Shown here piece by piece: positions 1 to 9,590 of a stretch of DNA of 9,590 nt (position 1 is the first letter of the stretch; the number at the start of each line of letters is the position of its first letter). This DNA is from Escherichia coli (GTDB lineage Bacteria; Pseudomonadota; Gammaproteobacteria; Enterobacterales; Enterobacteriaceae). The stretch lies in NCBI RefSeq assembly GCF_003334255.1, contig NZ_QOWU01000087.1. One strand, given 5' to 3'. A program made the translations under genes and the position numbers. The notes beneath the pieces are model-generated. The model worked only from the letters and a program-made list of their open reading frames with translations, was not told where the DNA came from and ran no database searches.

Positions 1-79
1 AGTTATCGTGAGAGTAATTCATCGGCACGTTAAATCATATCAGGCGTAATACCACAACCCTTAAGTTAGCGCTTATGGG
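1..79. repeat. Left terminal inverted repeat, 79 bp, exact reverse complement of 9512-9590
   Basis: Reverse-complementing 9512-9590 by hand reproduces bases 1-79 with no mismatch. The match breaks at position 80 (g on the left, t at 9511 on the right). Beyond that there is a weaker imperfect match (left gtaaaacccc versus the reverse complement of right gggggttttt). Confidence 0.93.
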
Positions 80-109
80 GTAAAACCCCGCGTACTGAAT
101 TGTGATGGT

Positions 110-260
110 TTGGTCTCCTGCACCCTTTTTTAATTTATATTGTTTATGTGAATATTATGCCTATGTTTATTATTCATATATATTACGGATGAAAATTATT
201 TGATTATTCATAATGTAAATATTTTATTGAATGATATATATCACAGATAATTTTTAATAT
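110..260 (+). promoter_or_regulatory. AT-rich region upstream of cas3, putative promoter and possible nucleoid-protein binding region
   Basis: A long, very AT-rich run (ttttttaatttatattgtttatgtgaatattatgcc...cacagataatttttaatat) lies directly 5' of the cas3 ATG and contains several TATAAT-like hexamers. No specific -35/-10 pair can be assigned with confidence. A regulatory role is inferred by analogy to H-NS-silenced cas promoters in Enterobacteriaceae. Confidence 0.4.
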
Positions 261-2960
261 ATGCGTAAATATCCTTTAAGTTTACTGAAGGATAAAAATA
301 TTGTGACTTTTTTTGATTTCTGGGGAAAAACCCGACGCGGCGAGAAAGACGGGGGCGACGACTATCACCTTCTTTGCTGGCATTCGCTGGATGTAGCCGC
401 GATGGGCTATTTAATGGTTAAAAGAAATTGCTTCGGGCTGGCTGATTATTTTCGTCAATTAGGGATTTCTGACAAGGAACAGGCGGCTCAATTTTTCGCC
501 TGGTTGCTGTGCTGGCACGATATTGGAAAATTTGCCCGCTCTTTTCAACAACTTTACCTGCCCCCTGAACTCAAGATTCAGGAAGGTGCCAGAAAAAATT
601 ACGAAAAAATCTCTCATTCAACGCTGGGCTACTGGTTGTGGAATCATTATTTAAGTGAATGTCAGGAGTTACTTCCTTCATCTTCGCTCTCTCCGCGCAA
701 ACTTAGGCGAGTGATAGAAATGTGGATGCCCGTGACGACAGGGCATCATGGTCGGCCCCCTGATCGTATGGATGAATTGGATAATTTTCTGCCTGAAGAC
801 AAAGCTGCAGCACGAGATTTTCTCCTTGAAATCAAACCACTGTTTCCGCTCATAGAGATCCCCGCATTCTGGGATGATGATGAGGGCATTGAACTTATAA
901 AACACCTTTCCTGGTATATCTCTGCAACCGTCGTGCTCGCAGACTGGACGGGTTCGTCAACGCGATTTTTTCCACGCGTCGCACACCCAATGGATATTAA
1001 AGGTTACTGGCAGAAAACTTTAATTCAGGCTCAAAACGCCTTAACCGTCTTTCCTCTAAAAGCAAAAGTCGCGCCTTTCAACGGAATTAATACGCTGTTT
1101 CCTTTTATTGAGAATCCGACACCGTTACAGCAAAAGGTGCTGGATCTGGATATCAGCCAGCAAGGACCGCAGTTATTTATTCTGGAAGATGTGACTGGCG
1201 CAGGTAAAACAGAAGCGGCGCTTATCCTGGCGCACAGGTTGATAGCTGCGGGGAAAGCTCAGGGGCTGTTTTTTGGTCTGCCAACAATGGCAACGGCCAA
1301 TGCCATGTACGATCGGCTGGTCAAAACCTGGCTTGCTTTCTATTCGCCAGAATCCCGCCCCAGCCTGGTGCTGGCACATAGTGCCCGCACATTAATGGAC
1401 CGCTTTAATGAATCACTCTGGTCTGGTGATTTAGTCGGGTCAGAAGAACCGGATGAACAAACGTTCAGTCAGGGATGTGCGGCCTGGTTTGCCGACAGTA
1501 ACAAGAAGGCGTTGCTGGCTGAAATTGGCGTCGGCACGCTGGATCAGGCGATGATGGCGGTGATGCCGTTCAAACATAATAATCTGCGGCTTCTGGGGCT
1601 GAGTAACAAAATCCTGCTGGCTGATGAGATCCACGCCTGTGACGCTTACATGTCGTGCATTCTTGAAGGGTTGATCGAGCGGCAGGCGCGTGGCGGAAAC
1701 AGCGTTATTTTGCTTTCTGCCACGTTATCTCAACAGCAGCGCGACAAACTCGTCGCTGCCTTTGCGCGGGGTACAGAGGGCCAGCAAGAAGCTCCGTTCC
1801 TGGAAAAGGATGATTACCCCTGGCTGACGCATGTCACGAAATCCGATGTGAACTCACACCGGGTAGCGACGCGCAAAGACGTTGAGCGTAGCGTCAGCGT
1901 GGGTTGGCTTCATAGTGAACAAGAGTGTATTGCGCGTATCGAATCGGCGGTAAGTCAGGGGAAATGCATCGCCTGGATCCGGAATTCTGTCGATGACGCT
2001 ATTAAGGTTCATCGTCAGCTGCTTGCCCGCGGCGTCATTCCTGCTTCCAGCCTTTCACTTTTTCATAGCCGCTTTGCTTTTAGCGATCGCCAGCGAATTG
2101 AAACGGAAACGCTGGCACGCTTTGGTAAATATTGTAGTTTACAGAGAGCGTCGCAAGTCATTGTTTGTACACAAGTAATTGAGCAAAGCGTGGATATTGA
2201 CCTGGACGAAATGATCTCCGACCTGGCCCCTGTTGATTTGCTGATTCAGCGAGCAGGACGATTACAGCGGCATATCCGCGATATTAATGGTCAGTTAAAG
2301 CGTGACGGAAAGGACGAGCGTTCCCCCCCTGAATTGCTGATTCTGGCTCCCGTCTGGGACGACTCTCCTGGCGACGAATGGTTTGGCAGTGCCATGCGTA
2401 ACAGTGCATTTGTCTATCCCGATCATGGGCGAATCTGGCTGACGCAGCGTGTGCTGCGTGAGCAAGGTGCTATTCAGATGCCACACGCAGCCCGGCTTCT
2501 TATTGAATCCGTCTACGGTGAGGACGTGGTAATGCCGGAAGGATTTGCCCGCAGCGAGCAGGAGCAAGTGGGCAAATATTACTGTGATCGCGCAATGGCT
2601 AAAAAGTTTGTGCTGAACTTCAGGCCCGGCTATGCCGCCAATATCAACGATTACCTCCCGGAAAAACTGTCGACACGTCTGGCTGAGGAGTCTGTTTCCC
2701 TGTGGCTGGCTACCTGTATTGACGGTGTGGTGAAGCCTTATGCCACCGGTGCTCACGCATGGGAAATGAGCGTTGTCAGAGTGCGCCGGAGCTGGTGGAA
2801 AAAACATCGGGATGAGTTTTCTTTACTGGAGGGAGAGGCGTTCAGGCTGTGGTGCATTGAACAGCGACAAGATCCGGAGATGGCAAACGTGATTTTAGTC
2901 AACGATGACGAAAGTTGCGGGTATTCGGCTACGGAAGGATTGATTGGCAAGGTTGGTTGA
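261..2960 (+). CDS. cas3: Cas3, type I HD-nuclease / SF2 helicase
   Basis: 899-aa ORF. The N-terminal HD domain shows HLLCWHSLDVA and CWHDIGK (HD motif). Helicase motifs follow: Walker A TGAGKTEAA, motif II LLADEIHACD, SAT, and motif VI QRAGRLQRH. It sits at the head of a cas operon. The start at 261 has no obvious Shine-Dalgarno, so the start codon is less certain than the stop. Confidence 0.93.
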   Translation: MRKYPLSLLKDKNIVTFFDFWGKTRRGEKDGGDDYHLLCWHSLDVAAMGYLMVKRNCFGLADYFRQLGISDKEQAAQFFAWLLCWHDIGKFARSFQQLYLPPELKIQEGARKNYEKISHSTLGYWLWNHYLSECQELLPSSSLSPRKLRRVIEMWMPVTTGHHGRPPDRMDELDNFLPEDKAAARDFLLEIKPLFPLIEIPAFWDDDEGIELIKHLSWYISATVVLADWTGSSTRFFPRVAHPMDIKGYWQKTLIQAQNALTVFPLKAKVAPFNGINTLFPFIENPTPLQQKVLDLDISQQGPQLFILEDVTGAGKTEAALILAHRLIAAGKAQGLFFGLPTMATANAMYDRLVKTWLAFYSPESRPSLVLAHSARTLMDRFNESLWSGDLVGSEEPDEQTFSQGCAAWFADSNKKALLAEIGVGTLDQAMMAVMPFKHNNLRLLGLSNKILLADEIHACDAYMSCILEGLIERQARGGNSVILLSATLSQQQRDKLVAAFARGTEGQQEAPFLEKDDYPWLTHVTKSDVNSHRVATRKDVERSVSVGWLHSEQECIARIESAVSQGKCIAWIRNSVDDAIKVHRQLLARGVIPASSLSLFHSRFAFSDRQRIETETLARFGKYCSLQRASQVIVCTQVIEQSVDIDLDEMISDLAPVDLLIQRAGRLQRHIRDINGQLKRDGKDERSPPELLILAPVWDDSPGDEWFGSAMRNSAFVYPDHGRIWLTQRVLREQGAIQMPHAARLLIESVYGEDVVMPEGFARSEQEQVGKYYCDRAMAKKFVLNFRPGYAANINDYLPEKLSTRLAEESVSLWLATCIDGVVKPYATGAHAWEMSVVRVRRSWWKKHRDEFSLLEGEAFRLWCIEQRQDPEMANVILVNDDESCGYSATEGLIGKVG

Positions 2961-3057
2961 GATGTCTGCGACAGGACTCTCTGAATAGTTGATACACCGA
3001 AAAGGATGGAAAGATGGACAACCGACCTGGGATGGTCTTTTTTACGAGAGGATGCGT

Positions 3058-4620
3058 ATGAACTCGTTTTCACTTCTGACAACCCCGTGGTTGCCCGTTC
3101 GTTTTAAAGACGGAACGACAGGCAAACTGGCGCCAGTCGATCTGGCGGATGAAAATGTTGTCGATATTTCTGCGCCGCGGGCAGATCTCCAGGGTGCGGT
3201 ATGGCAGTTTTTGCTGGGGCTACTACAAACCAGCTTCGCGCCAAAAGATCATCGTCGTTGGGATGATATCTGGGAAGACGGACTGGAAGCTGAAAAGCTA
3301 CGGGAAGCATTGCAGTCATTAGAACATGCTTTCCAGTTTGGGCCAGATTCCCCTTCATTTATGCAGGATTTCGAGGCGCTCACCGGAGATAAAGTTCCGG
3401 TCGCTTCGCTACTGCCTGAGATTCCCGGCGCTCAAACAACGAAGTTTAATAAAGACCACTTTATCAAGCGTGGTGTAACGGAATACCTGTGCCCACATTG
3501 TTCTGCGTTAGCTCTGTTCTCCCTACAGTTGAATGCGCCGTCAGGTGGCAAAGGCTACCGCACCGGTTTACGCGGCGGTGGGCCGATGACCACTCTGATT
3601 GAATTACAGGAATATCAGGGTAATCAACAAACTCCCTTGTGGCGCAAACTGTGGATCAATGTCATGCCGCAGGATGAAGCCGATTTACCGCTACCCAAAA
3701 AATTTGACGATCTGGTTTTCCCCTGGCTTGGCCCGACGCGCACCAGCGAACTGGCCGGTGCGGTGGTAACCGATGAGCAGGTCAATAAACTCCAGGCGTA
3801 CTGGGGAATGCCTCGCCGTATTCGTATTGATTTTAATACCACGACAGTCGGCAACTGCGATATTTGCGGTGAGCAGAGCGACGCGCTCCTGAGCCTGATG
3901 ACGACCAAAAATTACGGTGCGAATTATGCCATGTGGCAGCATCCCTTAACGCCTTACCGTGTACCACTTAAAGAGGGTGGCGAGTTTTACTCCGTTAAAC
4001 CACAACCGGGCGGTTTAATCTGGCGTGACTGGTTAGGCCTTATCGAAACGGGTAAATCAGAAAACAATACGGAACTTCCCGCGCTGGTGGTGAAACTCTT
4101 CAATGCCAGCAGTCTCAAGCAGGCAAAAGTGGGCCTGTGGGGATTTGGCTATGATTTCGACAACATGAAAGCGCGCTGTTGGTACGAACACCATTTCCCG
4201 CTGCTGCTCGATAAAAAAGAAGGTCAGATACCGAAGCTGCGGCTGGCTGCGCAAACAGCTTCACGGATTCTAAGTCTGTTACGGAGTGCATTGAAAGAAG
4301 CATGGTTCTCCGATCCAAAAGGTGCAAGGGGTGATTTTAGTTTTGTGGATATCGACTTCTGGAACAAAACTCAGCATCGCTTTCTGAGGTTAGTGCGCCA
4401 AATTGAAGAAGGTCAGGATGCGGATGAATTACTCAGCAAATGGAATAAGGAAATTTGGTTATTCGCACGTCAGGATTTTGACGAGCGTGTATTCACCAAT
4501 CCTTATGAGCCCGTTGATCTGGAACGCGTCATGACCGCGCGCAAGAAATATTTTACAACATCGGCGGAGAAGCAAAGTGCTAAAGCCGCCAGGGAGAAAA
4601 AGCAGGAGGCTGCTGAATGA
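3058..4620 (+). CDS. casA: Cse1/CasA, large subunit of the type I-E Cascade complex
   Basis: A large ORF immediately after cas3 and before cse2, in the conserved I-E order. I chose the ATG at 3058 (MNSFSLLTTPWLPVRF...) because GAGAGG lies 7 nt upstream as a Shine-Dalgarno. The ORF-track start at 2989 lacks one. The stop TGA at 4618-4620 overlaps the casB ATG. Confidence 0.88.
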   Translation: MNSFSLLTTPWLPVRFKDGTTGKLAPVDLADENVVDISAPRADLQGAVWQFLLGLLQTSFAPKDHRRWDDIWEDGLEAEKLREALQSLEHAFQFGPDSPSFMQDFEALTGDKVPVASLLPEIPGAQTTKFNKDHFIKRGVTEYLCPHCSALALFSLQLNAPSGGKGYRTGLRGGGPMTTLIELQEYQGNQQTPLWRKLWINVMPQDEADLPLPKKFDDLVFPWLGPTRTSELAGAVVTDEQVNKLQAYWGMPRRIRIDFNTTTVGNCDICGEQSDALLSLMTTKNYGANYAMWQHPLTPYRVPLKEGGEFYSVKPQPGGLIWRDWLGLIETGKSENNTELPALVVKLFNASSLKQAKVGLWGFGYDFDNMKARCWYEHHFPLLLDKKEGQIPKLRLAAQTASRILSLLRSALKEAWFSDPKGARGDFSFVDIDFWNKTQHRFLRLVRQIEEGQDADELLSKWNKEIWLFARQDFDERVFTNPYEPVDLERVMTARKKYFTTSAEKQSAKAAREKKQEAAE

Positions 4621-5153
4621 GTATTGTAAAAGAGGAGCACAAAGCCACGCTGCGCAAATGGCACGAGGAATTGCAGGAGAAACGTGGCGAACGTGCCAGT
4701 CTGCGGCGTAGTACGACGGTTAATGATGTTTGTCTGACGGATGGATTTCGCCTGTTTCTGAAGAACAGACAAATAAAGTGGCAGGATGAACCTGAGTGGC
4801 GTATCACCGCACTGGCGCTGATAGCCGCAGTTAGCGCCAATGTTAAAGCTATTGATGAACGGCAGCCTTTTGCCGCGCAGCTGGCGGCGGTAATGTCAAA
4901 GGGGCGTTTTACTCGTCTGTCGGCAGTAAAAACACCGGATGAATTACTGCGCCAGTTACGCCGCGCAGTCAGATTATTAAACGGTTCCGTCAATCTTGAC
5001 TCTCTGGCAGAGGGGGTCTTCCGTTGGTGCCAGGAGAGCGACGACCTGCTCAATCATCACCGCCGCCAGCAGCGGCCAACCGAATTTATCCGTATCCGCT
5101 GGGCGCTGGAATATTACCAGGCTGGCGACGCCGATAACGAACAAAATCAATAA
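4617..5153 (+). CDS. casB: Cse2/CasB, small subunit of Cascade
   Basis: 178-aa ORF in the expected position between cse1 and cas7. AGGAGG lies at 4604-4609, and the ATGA overlap with the casA stop indicates translational coupling. The assignment rests mainly on size and synteny. The sequence is not close to K-12 CasB as I recall it. Confidence 0.8.
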   Translation: MSIVKEEHKATLRKWHEELQEKRGERASLRRSTTVNDVCLTDGFRLFLKNRQIKWQDEPEWRITALALIAAVSANVKAIDERQPFAAQLAAVMSKGRFTRLSAVKTPDELLRQLRRAVRLLNGSVNLDSLAEGVFRWCQESDDLLNHHRRQQRPTEFIRIRWALEYYQAGDADNEQNQ

Positions 5154-5164
5154 AGGACTATCTC

Positions 5165-6220
5165 ATGACAACATTTATTCAGCTTCATTTGTTAACCGCT
5201 TACCCTGCTGCCAACCTTAACCGTGATGATACCGGTGCGCCAAAAACTGTGGTGCTGGGTGGAGCAACGCGTCTGCGCGTTTCCTCGCAAAGTCTGAAAC
5301 GTGCGTGGCGCACTTCTGCACTTTTTGAACAGGCACTGGCGGGCCATATTGGTATTCGCAGTGGGCGTATTGCGCGTGAGGCGGCAACTATCCTGATTGA
5401 GAAAGGAATCGAAGAGAAAAAAGCCATCGAATGGGCGGCAAAAATTGCAGATTATCTTGGGAAAGCTAAAAACGACAAAAAACCAAAAGATCCGCTCACT
5501 AACGCCGAAACTGAACAGTTAGTCCATATCAGCCCGGCAGAATTTGACGCCGTAAAAGTGCTGGCCCATCAGCTTGCAGAAGAAAAGCGCGCGCCAAAAG
5601 AGGAAGATCTCGCGTTGTTACGCAAAGACCGTATGGCGGTAGATATTGCCATGTTTGGTCGTATGCTGGCGAATAAACCCGAGTTTAATGTTGAAGCCGC
5701 CTGCCAGGTAGCGCACGCATTTGGTGTCAGTGAAACGATTGTCGAAGATGATTTTTTCACCGCCGTTGATGATTTGCGCCAGGCTTCTGAAGATGCCGGT
5801 GCCGGGCATCTTGGTGAAACCGGATTCGGTTCTGCACTGTTCTACACCTATATCTGCATTGATAAAGATCTGCTGGTCGAAAACCTTGGCGGTGACGAAG
5901 CGTTAGCTAATCAGACCATACGTGCCTTTACGGAAGCCGCACTTAAAGTCTCCCCAACCGGCAAACAGAACAGCTTTGCCAGCCGTGCCTACGCCTCCTG
6001 GGCGCTGGCAGAAAAAGGCACCGATCAACCGCGTTCTCTGGCGGCAGCTTTCTATGAACCCATTAATGGCACCCGTCAGTTAGAGGTGGCGGTGCAGCGT
6101 ATTACAACTCTTCGCGAAAATATGAATACGGTCTACGAACAGAAGACCGATTACGCAAGTTTTGACGTGATGAACAAACAGGGAAGCATGAAGGACGTGC
6201 TGGACTTTATCTGCGCGTAA
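5165..6220 (+). CDS. casC: Cas7e/CasC, Cascade backbone subunit
   Basis: 351 aa. The N-terminus (LLTAYPAANLNRDDTGAPKTVVLGGATRLRVSSQSLKRAWR) matches the conserved Cas7e N-terminal motif (..LNRDD...GG.RR.R.SSQSLKRA.R). AAAGGA lies upstream as a Shine-Dalgarno. Confidence 0.92.
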   Translation: MTTFIQLHLLTAYPAANLNRDDTGAPKTVVLGGATRLRVSSQSLKRAWRTSALFEQALAGHIGIRSGRIAREAATILIEKGIEEKKAIEWAAKIADYLGKAKNDKKPKDPLTNAETEQLVHISPAEFDAVKVLAHQLAEEKRAPKEEDLALLRKDRMAVDIAMFGRMLANKPEFNVEAACQVAHAFGVSETIVEDDFFTAVDDLRQASEDAGAGHLGETGFGSALFYTYICIDKDLLVENLGGDEALANQTIRAFTEAALKVSPTGKQNSFASRAYASWALAEKGTDQPRSLAAAFYEPINGTRQLEVAVQRITTLRENMNTVYEQKTDYASFDVMNKQGSMKDVLDFICA

Positions 6221-6230
6221 GGGGCGGCTT

Positions 6231-6977
6231 ATGAGCCAATATCTGATTTTTCAGCTTCATGGGCCGATGGCGTCCTGGGGTGTCGATGCTCCAGGTGAAG
6301 TTCGTCATACCCATGAACTTCCTTCGCGCTCAGCATTGCTGGGGCTACTGGCTGCCGGGGTAGGGATTCGGCGTGATGATACCGAACGCTTAAACGCGTT
6401 TAATCGCCACTATTCACTGGTGGTTTGCGCCAGCCGTAACCCGCGCTGGGCACGGGATTATCACACGGTCCAGATGCCAAAAGAGGTGCGTAAAGCACGT
6501 TATTTCAGCCGTCGCGAAGAGTTGAGCGACCCTGAGCTTTTGAGCGCGATTATCTCCCGGCGCGACTACTACACCGATGCCTGGTGGATGGTGGCGGTGG
6601 CAACAACCCCCGATGCGCCTTACAGCCTCGAACAGTTGCAGGACGGTTTACGCCATCCGGTTTTTCCGCTTTATCTGGGGCGAAAAAGTCATCCGCTGGC
6701 GTTACCACTTGCGCCGTTACTGCTCGAAGGCAACGCGTCTGATGTCTTACGTAACGCATACCAACAGTATCAGGATCGTTTCCGCGAACTGAAAGTCTCA
6801 CTCCCGAAACTTCAGGATGAATGCTGGTGGGAAGGGGAGCACGATGGTTTGGTCGCAAGCAAAATATTACGCCGCCGGGATGTTCCTTTAAATCGTCAGC
6901 AGTGGCTGTTTGGGGAACGCACCATCAATCAGGGGCCGTGGCTCAGCAAGGAGGAACCATGTACCTCTCAAGAATAA
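6231..6977 (+). CDS. casD: Cas5e/CasD, Cascade subunit
   Basis: 248 aa. The N-terminus (YLIFQLHGPMASWG...SALLGLLAAGVGIRRDD) closely parallels the K-12 CasD N-terminus as I recall it (YLILRLAGPMQAWG...SGLLGLLGACLGIQRDD). It sits in the correct operon position. Confidence 0.92.
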   Translation: MSQYLIFQLHGPMASWGVDAPGEVRHTHELPSRSALLGLLAAGVGIRRDDTERLNAFNRHYSLVVCASRNPRWARDYHTVQMPKEVRKARYFSRREELSDPELLSAIISRRDYYTDAWWMVAVATTPDAPYSLEQLQDGLRHPVFPLYLGRKSHPLALPLAPLLLEGNASDVLRNAYQQYQDRFRELKVSLPKLQDECWWEGEHDGLVASKILRRRDVPLNRQQWLFGERTINQGPWLSKEEPCTSQE

Positions 6978-7605
6978 CCTTACATACCGGCCAGCTTTCG
7001 CCTGCGCAGTTGCTGCATCTGGTGGATCGCGGTGAATATGTGATGCATCAGTGGTTGTGGGATCTCTTCCCTGGCGGCAAAGAAAGGCAATTTCTTTATC
7101 GTCGGGAAGAACTCCAGGGCGCGTTTCGCTTTTTTGTCCTCTCGCAGGAACGCCCGGCGGAAAGTGAAACTTTCACCATCGAATGCCGGTCATTTACGCC
7201 CGAGCTGAGTACCGGACAACAACTTTGTTTCAACCTGCGGGCGAATCCAACAATCTGTAAAGCGGGCAAGCGCCACGATCTGCTGATGGAGGCGAAACGG
7301 CAGGTGAGGGGACAGGCGGAAGGAAGTGATGTCTGGTTGCATCAACAACAGGCGGCGCTGGACTGGCTGGCAGCGCAGGGGGAAAGAAGTGGTTTTACAC
7401 TACTGGATACCTCGGTTGATGCCTACCGACAACAACAACTCCGGCGGGAAAACTCCTGGCAACTGATCCAGTTCAGTAGTGTGGATTATACGGGGATGCT
7501 TACGGTCACCGATCCTGGGTTATTTCTGCAACGTCTCAGTCAGGGGTATGGCAAAAGCCGGGCGTTCGGTTGTGGTCTGATGCTGATCAAACCTGGAGCA
7601 GAGGC

Positions 7606-7609
<4 letters not shown>
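6959..7609 (+). CDS. casE: Cas6e/CasE, pre-crRNA endoribonuclease
   Basis: I chose the internal ATG at 6959 (MYLSRITL...), which has AAGGAGG at 6948-6954. Cas6e proteins begin MYLS.., and this gives about 216 aa rather than the 262-aa track ORF. The C-terminal glycine-rich motif GYGKSRAFGCGLM is typical of Cas6e. The gene overlaps the casD 3' end by 19 bp. Confidence 0.88.
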
Positions 7610-8819
<1,210 letters not shown>

Positions 8820-8915
8820 GTTATCCGTTCTTTAAAAATAAGGAAATGTTTTAATTTAGTTGGTAGATTGTTGATGCGGAATAAATTTGTTTAAAAACAG
8901 TTATGTATGCTTAGT
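8820..8915 (+). promoter_or_regulatory. CRISPR leader, AT-rich, expected to hold the pre-crRNA promoter and integration signals
   Basis: A 96-bp AT-rich stretch between the cas2 stop and the first repeat (ttatccgttctttaaaaataaggaaatgttttaatttagttggtagattgttgatgcggaataaatttgtttaaaaacagttatgtatgcttagt). Its position and composition are typical of I-E leaders. No individual promoter or IHF site is assigned. Confidence 0.75.
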
Positions 8916-9493
8916 GTGTTCCCCGCGCCAGCGGGGATAAACCGAACATTAAATTGCCGTGCTGGATGAATCGCGGGTGTTCCCCGCGCCAGCGGGGATA
9001 AACCCTGGATCAGCTGGTTCAATCGTTTACAGCACTGGTGTTCCCCGCGCCAGCGGGGATAAACCGTCGTTCGAGGCGTTTCGCGCCTGGGCGATTATGT
9101 GTTCCCCGCGCCAGCGGGGATAAACCGTCGAAAAACTTCGTCCTGAAAAAATTCATCATGTGTTCCCCGCGCCAGCGGGGATAAACCGGCAGTAAATTAT
9201 TTGACCTCGTTGATAATCCCGTGTTCCCCGCGCCAGCGGGGATAAACCGCCGGTGCAACTGATATTGATAAACGTCGACTCGTGTTCCCCGCGCCAGCGG
9301 GGATAAACCGACACCCGACCGCTAACCGATTTCGTTACAGTAGTGTTCCCCGCGCCAGCGGGGATAAACCGACGTCTATCATTTTCAGTACAAGCTGGGT
9401 TTTGTGTTCCCCGCGCCAGCGGGGATAAACCGCCGGTGTAATCAAAGAGAAAAATCGCCTTTTTGTGTTCCCCGCGCCAGCGGGGATAAACCG
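8916..9493 (+). CRISPR. CRISPR array, 10 direct repeats of 29 bp (GTGTTCCCCGCGCCAGCGGGGATAAACCG) and 9 spacers of 32 bp
   Basis: Repeats start at 8916, 8977, 9038, 9099, 9160, 9221, 9282, 9343, 9404 and 9465, a strict 61-bp period. The repeat carries the palindromic core CCCCGCG..CGCGGGG characteristic of Enterobacteriaceae I-E repeats. Repeat 2 ends in C rather than G. The leader is on the cas2 side, so transcription is on the + strand. Confidence 0.97.
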
Positions 9494-9511
9494 AGTTAAG
9501 AGGGGGTTTTT

Positions 9512-9590
9512 CCCATAAGCGCTAACTTAAGGGTTGTGGTATTACGCCTGATATGATTTAACGTGCCGATGAATTACTCTCACGATAACT
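9512..9590. repeat. Right terminal inverted repeat, 79 bp, exact reverse complement of 1-79
   Basis: See the left copy. It begins 18 nt after the last CRISPR repeat. Confidence 0.93.

Noticed and set aside
80-100. A CCCCGCG heptamer just inside the left inverted repeat (gtaaaaccccgcgtac), which resembles the CRISPR repeat core and might be a degenerate solo repeat.
   Set aside because: Only 7 nt match, with no flanking similarity to the 29-bp repeat. This is within chance expectation for a GC-rich heptamer.
2961-3000. A possible intrinsic terminator after cas3 (gtctgcgacaggac).
   Set aside because: The stem is short and imperfect, and no U-tract follows. It is not convincing as a rho-independent terminator.
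2989-3057. The ORF-track start of cse1 at 2989 (MIHRKGWKDG...).
   Set aside because: It has no Shine-Dalgarno sequence and begins only 29 bp after the cas3 stop. The ATG at 3058 is preceded by GAGAGG at a good spacing. The upstream extension is therefore probably untranslated, though it cannot be excluded.
6821-6958. The ORF-track start of casE at 6821, giving a 262-aa protein.
   Set aside because: The extension lies wholly inside casD in another frame. Cas6e proteins begin MYLS.., and the ATG at 6959 has a strong AAGGAGG Shine-Dalgarno.
7570-7605. The ATG at 7570 as the cas1 start.
   Set aside because: It lies inside casE. The GTG at 7606 overlaps the casE stop, has a GGAG upstream, and gives a length close to that of known Cas1e. 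This remains uncertain without N-terminal data.
9019-9258. A 79-aa minus-strand ORF inside the CRISPR array.
   Set aside because: It is produced by translating through the direct repeats. The peptide contains the repeated unit RFIPAGAGNT, once per repeat, which makes it an artefact of the array and not a gene.

Overview
The window is a complete, compact type I-E (Ecoli subtype) CRISPR-Cas locus on the + strand: an AT-rich putative promoter, then cas3, cse1/casA, cse2/casB, cas7/casC, cas5/casD, cas6e/casE, cas1 and cas2, followed by an AT-rich leader and a CRISPR array of 10 repeats of 29 bp and 9 spacers of 32 bp. The genes are tightly packed, with overlapping stop/start codons at three junctions. 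The system itself is a well-described family. The unusual feature is that the window begins and ends with a perfect 79-bp inverted repeat (1-79 is the exact reverse complement of 9512-9590), so the whole cassette is bracketed by terminal inverted repeats with no transposase or integrase inside. The right copy sits only 18 nt after an undegenerate final CRISPR repeat. This could be a non-autonomous mobile cassette, a locus set in an inverted duplication, or an assembly/construct artefact; the sequence alone cannot decide. Secondary observations are a variant last base in repeat 2, a short non-AT-rich cas3-cse1 spacer, and an apparent mosaic in which Cas1/Cas2 look K-12-like while the effector proteins do not. 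No database search or computation was run; family assignments rest on recognisable motifs and on recalled reference sequences.
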